Shown in pieces: positions 37,116 to 45,256 of a DNA stretch of 61,770 bases. The first letter of the stretch is position 1. Each line of letters opens with the position of its first letter. Origin of the DNA: an uncultured Candidatus Saccharibacteria bacterium. GTDB lineage: Bacteria > Patescibacteriota > Saccharimonadia > Saccharimonadales > AWTP1-31. A program made the position numbers and the translations under genes. The stretch is taken from positions 1 to 61,770 of the forward strand of contig CAZXTE010000005.1 in the NCBI GenBank assembly GCA_964643545.1. The letters run 5' to 3'. The notes under the pieces are model-generated. The model did no database searches and was not told the DNA's origin. It worked only from the letters and a program-made list of their open reading frames with translations.

Positions 37116-37233
37116 GGGTCTGAAATTCTAGTGTTGCGTTTGGCTGGCTACGTGTCCCGTAGGTGGAACCAGCTTTACCCTAGTTTACTCCGAATCTACG
37201 AGAAGCTGAATGAATTAGGTTTGGAGGTGGACG

Positions 37234-37710
37234 GTGTTTAAATTTCGTAAAATGCCACCCAAAGACTTATTAACTTCTGGACTCTATAATGATCAGACTT
37301 TCTATGGTTCATTTCTCCGTGATCTAAAACATGCCAAAAAGGAAGTAATTATCGAAAGTCCTTATATGACAACTAGCAGACTAGCTGTTTTAGCACCTGT
37401 ATTGCGAAAGCTTGTCAAAAAAGGTGTCAAAGTTCGAGTTAATACTCGTTATCCTGGCCACCATGACGAACTTTTAAGAATTCAGGCATGGCTAGTGGCT
37501 AAATCATTAAAAAACATGGGTGTAAAAGTTAAGTTTTTTAATAATTACCTGCACCGCAAAACGGCGGTTATAGATGAGCGAATTCTTTGGGAAGGAAGTC
37601 TGAATATTCTCTCTCAGGGTAATAGTTGTGAGTTTATGCGGCGCATTGAGTCCGAACAACTTACTAAACAAATGATTAAGTTCTTGGGGCTAAAACGGTT
37701 CTATTGGTAG
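37234..37710 (+). CDS. Single-HKD phospholipase D-family nuclease (Nuc-like)
   Basis: 158 aa with a GTG start preceded by GGAGGTGG. The HxK(x)4D(x)6GS motif reads YLHRKTAVIDERILWEGSLNI. The size matches the dimerising single-HKD endonucleases. Confidence 0.75.
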   Translation: MFKFRKMPPKDLLTSGLYNDQTFYGSFLRDLKHAKKEVIIESPYMTTSRLAVLAPVLRKLVKKGVKVRVNTRYPGHHDELLRIQAWLVAKSLKNMGVKVKFFNNYLHRKTAVIDERILWEGSLNILSQGNSCEFMRRIESEQLTKQMIKFLGLKRFYW

Positions 37711-37722
37711 AATGGAGGTATT

Positions 37723-37941
37723 ATGAGTGACTACGAGATTAATGAAAAAGACATTGATACTGTTTTGAATCAACTAAAACGGGTTCATCCAGAGAATGCT
37801 ACACCGGAAATGGCGATTGATATTCTTGAGTATATGCAGGCAAAAGCTCACTTACTCGTTCACGAAAACCCAAATGCAACCCATGAGGACTTAGTAGAGG
37901 CAATGTACCAAGAAATCACGAACGGCAAAAAGAAAAGCTAA
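37723..37941 (+). CDS. Small hypothetical protein downstream of the HKD nuclease
   Basis: 72 aa, acidic, starting 12 nt after the nuclease stop (GGAGG upstream). It ends 1 nt before the convergent XRE gene. Confidence 0.5.
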   Translation: MSDYEINEKDIDTVLNQLKRVHPENATPEMAIDILEYMQAKAHLLVHENPNATHEDLVEAMYQEITNGKKKS

Positions 37942-37942
37942 G

Positions 37943-38161
37943 CTAGAACGGTAAAATCTCGGAAGATTTAATCTTTAGAGCTTTTGTTATCTTCTCGAAT
38001 ACTTCAATTGAGGCTGATACCTCACCTCGCTCTACGCGTGCGTAATAATTAGTGCTGATGCCAGCCTTTTCAGCTACTTCAGTCTGAGTCAGGCCTTTTT
38101 CAAGTCTAACTTGCTTTATTCGCTTGGCAATTTGCTTAATGATTTTATCAGTCATACTCAT
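37943..38161 (-). CDS. XRE-family helix-turn-helix regulator
   Basis: 72 aa. IKQVRLEKGLTQTEVAEKAGISTNYYARVERGE is a classic Cro/C1-type HTH. Confidence 0.85.
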   Translation of the reverse strand: MSMTDKIIKQIAKRIKQVRLEKGLTQTEVAEKAGISTNYYARVERGEVSASIEVFEKITKALKIKSSEILPF

Positions 38162-38179
38162 TCTAATTATCCCATATCT

Positions 38180-40504
38180 TTATGAAAGATATGATTTTTT
38201 AATTGCTTCAAGATTACCAATGAAGCCTTTTATAATTCCGGGTGCTGTTGACGCCCCGGAATCATGGCTACCAGGGTTGCAATCATGTCTTACTCTCTGT
38301 ATTGTGCCCGCGTCGGTAGCATTAAGCGGATTATTGAGCAGGTCTTTAATATGTTGTTCCAGGTCACCGCCCTTAGTAAGAGTGACTTTGTTCTTTATAG
38401 CTATACCCTTGACCAAACTTTCGATAGCCTTACGAAGCGTATTGAAACCAGTTTCACGTTGTACGCTAGGTCCATCTGCACAAATGTTTGCATAATTCAA
38501 TAGTTGATCAAATCGCTGGAGCTGTTCTCTTATTTCGGGAACAGGACTTTTATCAGTTTTGACGATCTCATACTCGAGATATTTAGAGTGGTGCGTAAAT
38601 TGTGACGCTATACTGTTTTTAAAAGATCGGTCATGTGTGAAAACAACTATCTGATGAGTTTGATCCAATGTGCTCAACAGGGTTATAAGATTACCTTTGT
38701 GGTCATCGTCCATTGACTGAACTGGATCATCAAGAATAATACTTTTCCATCCGGGATTTCTATTTACCCGCTGAGAGAAGTACAGACTTAAACCCAAACA
38801 GTTTCCTTGAGCTTCACTAAACATGGATGTAGGATTGACAGGTACGTTATAGGCTGTAGCTTCAAGAACCGCTTGTCTACGTACGCCAGGCTTAATTTTG
38901 AATCTTTCAAATTTTAGAGATTTGGAGCTACTAAGTTGTTCAAGATAGTTTTTAACATCATCGGCAAGTTCTTTTTCAAGACCCTGAACCGTATCCTTCT
39001 CTCCTTGCTCAAATGACCTTACAAACGCATCAAGCTCAGCTTGGCGTTTACTAATTTCCCAAGCTTGTTGAACATACTTTATATCAGTAGCAAGACGCTT
39101 AATTGCTTGGTGTCTCTCAAGACTCGCACGCTCCTCAGTGGAAAGGCCTTTAAACTTTGCTTGAATACGTTCTCGGGTTTTCTGAATGTCTTTGCGAAAA
39201 GTAGCATACTCACTTGCAAGTTTCTTGGCGTTATTGAGTAATTCCGATCCAAGCTTCTTAACATCTTCAATAGGCGTTTTATCCTGACTATGAGTTGCCG
39301 TTAGATAGCCTCTGGCTTGGCTTCCCAGGCTAGTGAGTTGATCGTTTAATGATTTTTGGATAGCAGGTAGAGCTTCCAGTTCTGTAACAATTTCAGGGAC
39401 ATCAGATAGGGCATCTATTAATGAGCCTAGGACAGCAGAATTCAACGGGGCAGTCTTTATAACTTGAAATCCAGCAATGACTTGAGAAAATTGAGCGTTT
39501 AGTTCTGGTGGCTCTTTCTCACCGTTCTCAACGTATTTTTGCAGCTTCGTAACCTTTTCATTTGTGATGGTTTTTTCTTCACAATAAGGGCACTCAGGCA
39601 GGACAGTAATCTTTAGGCCGAGTTCTACAAATTTTTTCCTCTTATTTGCATCGTGCCATGCACGGTGACTCTCAAGCCCGTCGTTAATTCTTGTAACTTC
39701 GGCATCTAGGCCATCAAGTTCAATTTCTTCTGGGCCCGCTATCATCTGTTCTAAGCTCGCAGGTTTTTTATCCATACTCAGTAATGCTGTGATTTTCTTT
39801 TCCGCGAGTACTATGACTTCTGGCCATCCTGAGCTTTCTTGCAGGTTCATTTCTTCACGCAAGCTTCGCAAGAGTGCAGTAGGTTCTTGGCCTAGGGGAT
39901 CGCTACCTACAGGAATAAGAGGTGCTACGGCGCGCCTTGCTGACTCCCGTACTTGCATAACATCTAGATTCTTGTCGGTATCCGTTTTAAGTTTCATGAG
40001 TTTATCTCTTACGACCTCAAAGCCTCCTAAGCCAAGAATCGCGCTTATTTGTTTCCAGCGCTCTTTTGGCTCGGTATCAATGAAGGCCTTGATCTCGGAC
40101 TGCCCAAGACATGGGCGGAATGAGAGACCAGTTTCAATAGCAATTTCAGTAACATCATTGATCTTTCTACCGTCTACTGTTAAGACTGTTTCCCCGCCTT
40201 TATTCATAGTGCGTTTTACGGTGATCTTTTTGCCATCGTCTTTAATAAGTTCAACCTCTGCCCAAGTTTCATCGTTCGAGTCGGCGTGTGCAGAACGTAG
40301 GAATTCTTGTCCAAATTCTCCCGGTGTTTTTGAGCGAAGTTTACGAGCAACTTCTCCGTAAAGAGTCCACTCAAAAGCTTCCGACAATGATGTTTTACCG
40401 GAACCGTTTGGAGCAAATATAACTGTTATTGCTTCACTTAAACTGAAGTGAACAAGACCAGGGAAACCCCTAAATGCCTGGGCTGATATTCTACTTATTC
40501 GCAT
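38180..40504 (-). CDS. RloC/PrrC-like (AAA_13-type) ABC ATPase with Rad50-like coiled coil, CxxC hook and C-terminal putative nuclease domain
   Basis: The ORF is open to 40576. The ATG at 40504 (MRISRISAQAFRGF...) is preferred. Walker A is FAPNGSGKTSLSEA. A roughly 450-aa helical insert carries CPYCEEK near its centre (DNA about 39575-39600). The signature-like motif is FSEAQGNCLGLSLYF, the Walker B/D-loop is IILDDPVQSMDDDH, and the H-loop is VVFTHD. An extra C-terminal domain of about 150 aa contains LRKAIE...RVRHDCNPGSHD. Confidence 0.6.
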   Translation of the reverse strand: MRISRISAQAFRGFPGLVHFSLSEAITVIFAPNGSGKTSLSEAFEWTLYGEVARKLRSKTPGEFGQEFLRSAHADSNDETWAEVELIKDDGKKITVKRTMNKGGETVLTVDGRKINDVTEIAIETGLSFRPCLGQSEIKAFIDTEPKERWKQISAILGLGGFEVVRDKLMKLKTDTDKNLDVMQVRESARRAVAPLIPVGSDPLGQEPTALLRSLREEMNLQESSGWPEVIVLAEKKITALLSMDKKPASLEQMIAGPEEIELDGLDAEVTRINDGLESHRAWHDANKRKKFVELGLKITVLPECPYCEEKTITNEKVTKLQKYVENGEKEPPELNAQFSQVIAGFQVIKTAPLNSAVLGSLIDALSDVPEIVTELEALPAIQKSLNDQLTSLGSQARGYLTATHSQDKTPIEDVKKLGSELLNNAKKLASEYATFRKDIQKTRERIQAKFKGLSTEERASLERHQAIKRLATDIKYVQQAWEISKRQAELDAFVRSFEQGEKDTVQGLEKELADDVKNYLEQLSSSKSLKFERFKIKPGVRRQAVLEATAYNVPVNPTSMFSEAQGNCLGLSLYFSQRVNRNPGWKSIILDDPVQSMDDDHKGNLITLLSTLDQTHQIVVFTHDRSFKNSIASQFTHHSKYLEYEIVKTDKSPVPEIREQLQRFDQLLNYANICADGPSVQRETGFNTLRKAIESLVKGIAIKNKVTLTKGGDLEQHIKDLLNNPLNATDAGTIQRVRHDCNPGSHDSGASTAPGIIKGFIGNLEAIKKSYLS

Positions 40505-40691
40505 CAATCGTCTCTCTAAGTATTTTCTTCCAGCACTCATCAAGCGCCTCGACGCCATTAGCCTTATATGCTTCAATTAGCTGCTTCATACTTTCAGGTG
40601 AGGCTCGCTTGAGTTTTTCAAGCACCTCCAAAACTGGGTCTTGATTTTTCATAACAATATAGTACACCTTGATACGCTTTGAACCCACCAT
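40491..40691 (-). CDS. Small hypothetical protein, first gene of the ATPase operon
   Basis: 66-aa ORF with an alternative start at M14 (40652). Its stop overlaps the ATPase ATG (40504) by 14 nt. Confidence 0.45.
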   Translation of the reverse strand: MVGSKRIKVYYIVMKNQDPVLEVLEKLKRASPESMKQLIEAYKANGVEALDECWKKILRETIDANK

Positions 40692-40736
40692 ATTACTTTT
40701 GAGTTCACCCCATAACGCTTAAGCTATTAAGAAATA

Positions 40737-40755
40737 ACTTGCATATAATGCAAGT
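40737..40755. promoter_or_regulatory. Palindromic operator-like site overlapping the T4SS operon promoter
   Basis: ACTTGCAT-ata-ATGCAAGT, a perfect 8-bp inverted repeat with a 3-nt centre. It contains TATAAT (40744-40749) and TTGCAT (40739-40744). The latter could act as a -35, with TATATA at 40763-40768 after an 18-nt spacer. An AAGGAGG Shine-Dalgarno lies at 40778-40784. Confidence 0.45.
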
Positions 40756-40790
40756 GTTGTGTTATATATTCTGGCATAAGGAGGTAAGCG

Positions 40791-41132
40791 ATGTTGAACC
40801 GCACAAAACTTAAACTCTTAGCACTCTATGTGTCTATCGGGGTGCCGTTCGTGCTTACCCAGACTGCTTTTGCGGCCAGCGGTGATGTTGGCCAGGTGGA
40901 GAGTTTTATTAGAAGTATTATTCAAGTTGTCGCTGGACTGGCCGGTCTAATCGCGACCGGTTTTTTCGTTATCGGCGGCTTTAGCTACATTACAAGCTCT
41001 GGTAATCCGGAACACCTCGACAAAGCTAAACGTACTCTGATGTATTCAGCCATAGGATTGGCTATTACTATCGGTGCCTTTGTGCTCAGTAATATTGTGG
41101 CGGATCTCGCCCATAAGGCATTCGGAGGTTAA
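40791..41132 (+). CDS. T4SS pilin-like protein (VirB2/TrbC-analogous, two-helix type)
   Basis: 113 aa with a signal peptide ending ...TQTAFAAS and two hydrophobic helices separated by the loop SYITSSGNPEHLDKAKR. It is the first gene of the T4SS operon. Confidence 0.7.
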   Translation: MLNRTKLKLLALYVSIGVPFVLTQTAFAASGDVGQVESFIRSIIQVVAGLAGLIATGFFVIGGFSYITSSGNPEHLDKAKRTLMYSAIGLAITIGAFVLSNIVADLAHKAFGG

Positions 41133-41138
41133 GCCCGA

Positions 41139-42380
41139 ATGCTCGGACGCTTAGCCACCCACTTAAACCTGGTGGCTGACGCGTCTGCAGCCAGCCAGTC
41201 TATTAAAGGCTACTTGGCTCCATTGTTAGTCACACTTGGCGGACTTGCGGTAATAGTCTGTACATTCTTCCTAGTTGTCGGCGGCATCCACTACATGACC
41301 AGTGCTGGTAAGCCGGATAAGCTCGACCACGCGAAGCGAGTAATCCGTAACGCCTTGATTGGTCTTGTTATTGTGATCGCGGCGGGAACGTTTACTGCAA
41401 TTCTACTGAGTGCCTACCACAGTGCAGGCGGTAACGGCGTCGAACAACTTCCAGCACTAACGCAGGTTAACCCTGCCGATACTTCGCCGGGACTGGTTGA
41501 TGTACTCATCAAGGCCATTACTGGCTTGCTTCAACATTTACTTGAACAAGCCGCTAAGCCATTCATTGCTGCACTGGATTACTTTACGAAAGCAACTCCA
41601 CTCATGGCCGTGAACTCCAGTGTCTTTAACTTGTGGCTAGCGGTTGTTGGTATTGCAGACGCACTATTCGTGTTAGTCGTTGCACTACTTGGCTTTCACA
41701 TTATGAGCTTTGCGGCACTTGGCTTGGATGAAATTGAGTTTAAGCATCTTTTACCTCAGCTGGCTGTTGCATTCTTACTGATCAATACATCGATCTTTTG
41801 GATTGATATGGTGATAAGCCTGTCTAACGCATTAATCACGGCTATTAACGCCGCGTTCCCAGGCCAATCAGTATGGAAAGCTTTGTCCGAGGTTACTTCG
41901 CTCTCGGCAGGCATGGGCTTAGTGTCGCTGCTCATTATGGTGGCTTTTTTGGTGCTTGCCGTAATATTGATGGTCTACTACGTGACTCGACTAGTAACCC
42001 TGTACATTGGTGCAGTATTGTCTCCACTCATCATTCTGATCTGGCTCCTACCAGGCTTTAAAGATTTTGCAGTAACAGCTATTAAAACTTACGTCGTCAC
42101 AATCTTTGTACTCTTTGTCCATGTGATCATTTTGCTTCTAGCGGCCTCAATCTTTGGCGGAATGGTGGCGGGTAGCCCTGATAAGTCTCTCAACCCTCTC
42201 ATGGCCACAATTGTTGGCTGCGCCACTTTGGTTGCGCTACTCAAGACTCAAGGACTCATGAATCAATTGAGCTACGTCAGTATGGGGCCAAAAGCTATGC
42301 GCAAGCTTGGTAGCCAATTTATGACCAGCGTCAGTTACATGACCACCAGGATCAAAACGGCGAAAGCGACAAGCAAATGA
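41139..42380 (+). CDS. Pilin-like N-terminal module fused to a VirB6/TrbL-like polytopic membrane protein
   Basis: 413 aa. Residues about 20-95 (GGIHYMTSAGKPDKLDHAKRVIRNALIGLVIVIAAG) are a clear paralog of the upstream pilin (GGFSYITSSGNPEHLDKAKRTLMYSAIGLAITIGAF). The remainder has at least 5 TM helices. Confidence 0.65.
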   Translation: MLGRLATHLNLVADASAASQSIKGYLAPLLVTLGGLAVIVCTFFLVVGGIHYMTSAGKPDKLDHAKRVIRNALIGLVIVIAAGTFTAILLSAYHSAGGNGVEQLPALTQVNPADTSPGLVDVLIKAITGLLQHLLEQAAKPFIAALDYFTKATPLMAVNSSVFNLWLAVVGIADALFVLVVALLGFHIMSFAALGLDEIEFKHLLPQLAVAFLLINTSIFWIDMVISLSNALITAINAAFPGQSVWKALSEVTSLSAGMGLVSLLIMVAFLVLAVILMVYYVTRLVTLYIGAVLSPLIILIWLLPGFKDFAVTAIKTYVVTIFVLFVHVIILLLAASIFGGMVAGSPDKSLNPLMATIVGCATLVALLKTQGLMNQLSYVSMGPKAMRKLGSQFMTSVSYMTTRIKTAKATSK

Positions 42381-42886
42381 AATCCACCACCGTACCTGCC
42401 CAAGTCACCACTGTTGAAGATAAAATTGCTGGTAACCTCAACCTAGCCCAGCTACTGCTACTAGCAGCCTCTGTGTTTACGGGCTTTGCTCTATACATTC
42501 TGGTGCCGCCAGGAATGAAGTTTTCGATACCGAAGATACTGCTTTGTATCGTCGTGATGTTAATCTTTGCCTCACTCGCAATTCGTGTGCGAGGTAGGAT
42601 TCTGGCCTTATGGATTGGCACGATGCTGCGCTATAACTTGCGACCACGCTATTACGTCTTCAACAAAAACCAGAGCTATTTACGCGACATACCGAAGAAA
42701 TCCCAAGAAGAAACAAAGACAAAGAAAGCCGACCAACCAGAAGAAATCACTATGAAACCGAAGTTTGAAATCCCGCTACCGCAAGTCGTCCAACTTGAAA
42801 CCGTGGTGGCTGACCCAAGAGCACGATTAACATTCCAAACCGACAAGAAAGGAGCCTTAAGTGTTCGCATTACAGAAATCAAATAA
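42377..42886 (+). CDS. PrgI/VirB3-like small T4SS membrane protein
   Basis: 169 aa. VEDKIAGNLNLAQLLLLAASVF is followed by two TM helices, as in PrgI-family proteins. Its start overlaps the upstream stop by 4 nt. Confidence 0.5.
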   Translation: MKSTTVPAQVTTVEDKIAGNLNLAQLLLLAASVFTGFALYILVPPGMKFSIPKILLCIVVMLIFASLAIRVRGRILALWIGTMLRYNLRPRYYVFNKNQSYLRDIPKKSQEETKTKKADQPEEITMKPKFEIPLPQVVQLETVVADPRARLTFQTDKKGALSVRITEIK

Positions 42887-43469
42887 AAAAGTTAGCAGCC
42901 GCGTCCAGATTGCTATTAAAGGTGCTCGTGACGGTATCTTACTACTGCCAGGCAATCAGTATCGTATGGTGCTGTCTATTTCTTCTATCAACTTTGAACT
43001 GAAAAGTGAAGCCGAGCAAGATGCGCTGATTGAAACATACCAAAGCTTTCTTAACTCACTCGGGTGCGACATACAAATTGTCGTACGTATTCGAGAAATG
43101 GACATGGACAAATACATCGCTGAGTTCACCAATCGCATGAAAGATGAGAAAGAAACAATCTACAAAGAGCAGCTAAATAACTACACCACCTTTGTTAAAA
43201 GCCTCATTAAAACCAACAAGATCTTAGCCCGAACGTTTTACATTGTAATCCCCGCTTCAGGCAAAGACGAATTTGATGCCATCAAAGAACAGTTACACCT
43301 CAACGCAGATATCATCGCGAAAGGTCTGGCTCGCATGGGTATGCACAGTACGGTGCTTACCAGCCTCGAAGTACTTGATCTATTCTATAGCTTCTACAAT
43401 CCTGGCCAGGCGAAACGCCAACCTATTACCGATCAAACATTAGACTTACTCAACAGGAGTTATCTATGA
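42861..43469 (+). CDS. VirB4-type ATPase, N-terminal domain encoded as a separate ORF
   Basis: 202 aa with a GTG start. ...YRMVLSISSINFELKSEAEQDALIETYQSFLNSLGCDIQIVVRIREMD resembles the N-terminal domain of Gram-positive VirB4 (PrgJ/TcpF-like) proteins. Its stop overlaps the next ATG (ATGA). Confidence 0.6.
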   Translation: MFALQKSNKKVSSRVQIAIKGARDGILLLPGNQYRMVLSISSINFELKSEAEQDALIETYQSFLNSLGCDIQIVVRIREMDMDKYIAEFTNRMKDEKETIYKEQLNNYTTFVKSLIKTNKILARTFYIVIPASGKDEFDAIKEQLHLNADIIAKGLARMGMHSTVLTSLEVLDLFYSFYNPGQAKRQPITDQTLDLLNRSYL

Positions 43470-45256
43470 AAGTAAAAGTCCCTAATCTACCAAAACCAAA
43501 GTTGCCAAAGCTTAATAATATAGTTGCTCCCAACAGTACGATTGGAAAATGGAAGAAACAGCGCGACGAACGACCAAAAGAGCTGAAACTACTACTTGGT
43601 GAACAAGACGCTATGGATCTTATGTCCTATGCTGGCCTGGAAGAACAAGCCGACCATCTCTGCATTGATGGACGCTACACTCGTGTGCTGTTTATATCTG
43701 GTTATCCATTTGTTGCGAGTTCCGGTTGGTTAAATAACCTCGTAAACTTCAACCATAACGCTGACCTGAGCTACCACATCAGTAGTGTTGACGCGACCCA
43801 AGCCCTGCCAAAACTACACCGCAAAATTACCGAGCTTGAATCAACCAAACGAGCCATGATGCGCGTTGGTAAGATCATTGGCCCAGAAGTTACCGACCCA
43901 CTGGAGTCTGCAACTGCCTTGCGAGACAAAATCTTGCGCGGGCAGGAAAAACTGTTTCAGGTCTCAATTTACGTGACATTGTCTGCCGACTCGCTTACAG
44001 AGTTGGATAAGACAACTAAATTGCTGGAAACAGTTTTATCAGCACGCTTGTTCTACATGAAGACCGCTCGCTATCAACAACTCGAAGCCCTGCAGTCTAT
44101 ATTGCCTCGGGCTCAAGATATCCTGAACCAGAAACGCAACCTGGATAGTTCCTCCGCAGCTTTGACGTTTCCGTTCATGAGTTCCGAGTTGGTGCAGGAA
44201 TCGGGCATTCTTTACGGTGTCAACAAATCAAATAACTCGCTAGTAATCTTAGATCGTTTCGGCCTCAATAACGCTAACAGCATCGTCTTTGCGCAGTCAG
44301 GCTCTGGAAAAAGCTACGCTACCAAAGTAGAAATACTACGACAGTTGATGCAGGGCACTAAAGTTATCGTTATTGATCCAGAACGCGAATACAAACGCCT
44401 CAGCGAATCGGTAAATGGAACCTACATCAAACTATCTGCTAAGTCCAAAGAGAAGATTAATCCGTTTGATTTGTCCGCTACATATAGAAACAGAAAAGAT
44501 CTGTCTGAGCACACCCAGGACTTGATTGAAGTTATCTCCTTGATGGCCGAGGGGTTAAGCCCACGCGAGAAAGCAGCAGTTGATAAGGCTATTCTAAAAA
44601 TCTATAAAACCACTAAGAAAACAGCACCGCTTTTAGAAGACCTCTACAAAGAATTGCACGCACTCGGGCAATTGAAACTGTGTGATCGCTTGGAGAAGTA
44701 TATCAGTGGTTCATTGGCTGATGTGTTTAATGCGCAAACGAACATTAAGCTCGAAAATCGTCTGGTGATCTTCGACATTAAAGACTTGCCGGAATCATTA
44801 CGCCAAATCATGATGATGATCATCTCAAACTTTGTGGCTAATCAGGTAAAAGCAAAGCCAGAAAAGCGACTACTCGTGATTGATGAGGGTTGGTTGCTCC
44901 TAGAACACGAAGAATCTGCAAGATTTGTTTCTGGGCTAGTGCGTCGAGCACGTAAGTATTACCTTGGCGTTTCGATCATTTCTCAGCAAGCTAACGACTT
45001 CTTGAAGAACGACTATGGCCGTGCTATTGCTTCTCAAAGTAGCTTGAGGATTTTAATGCGCCAAGATACCACAACCATCAAGAATGTGGTCTCGGAGTTT
45101 CACTTAAGTGAATACGAAGAAAATTTCTTGCTAACCTGCGATAAAGGTGAAGCCCTCATTATTGCCGATCAGCATCATGTGGCTGTTAAGGTGGTGGCTT
45201 CAGACAAAGAACATCCTCTCATTACTACTAATCCCGCGGAACTCTATCACCTATGA
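43466..45256 (+). CDS. virB4: VirB4-type T4SS ATPase (motor domain)
   Basis: 596 aa. Walker A AQSGSGKSYATK, Walker B RLLVIDEGWLLL, and ...RKYYLGVSIISQQANDF. Confidence 0.85.
   Translation: MKVKVPNLPKPKLPKLNNIVAPNSTIGKWKKQRDERPKELKLLLGEQDAMDLMSYAGLEEQADHLCIDGRYTRVLFISGYPFVASSGWLNNLVNFNHNADLSYHISSVDATQALPKLHRKITELESTKRAMMRVGKIIGPEVTDPLESATALRDKILRGQEKLFQVSIYVTLSADSLTELDKTTKLLETVLSARLFYMKTARYQQLEALQSILPRAQDILNQKRNLDSSSAALTFPFMSSELVQESGILYGVNKSNNSLVILDRFGLNNANSIVFAQSGSGKSYATKVEILRQLMQGTKVIVIDPEREYKRLSESVNGTYIKLSAKSKEKINPFDLSATYRNRKDLSEHTQDLIEVISLMAEGLSPREKAAVDKAILKIYKTTKKTAPLLEDLYKELHALGQLKLCDRLEKYISGSLADVFNAQTNIKLENRLVIFDIKDLPESLRQIMMMIISNFVANQVKAKPEKRLLVIDEGWLLLEHEESARFVSGLVRRARKYYLGVSIISQQANDFLKNDYGRAIASQSSLRILMRQDTTTIKNVVSEFHLSEYEENFLLTCDKGEALIIADQHHVAVKVVASDKEHPLITTNPAELYHL

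Noticed and set aside
37136-37175. ttggctgg at 37139-37146 (also cttggctg at 35368-35375 and ttggctggg at 4603-4611) matches the last bases of the window, and was considered as a candidate left att repeat or tRNA fragment.
   Set aside because: Only 8-9 nt match, and about two such matches per 8-mer are expected by chance in 2 x 61.8 kb. The 4603 copy lies inside smpB. The 37141 region has no T-stem or T-loop complement. None of this can define a boundary.
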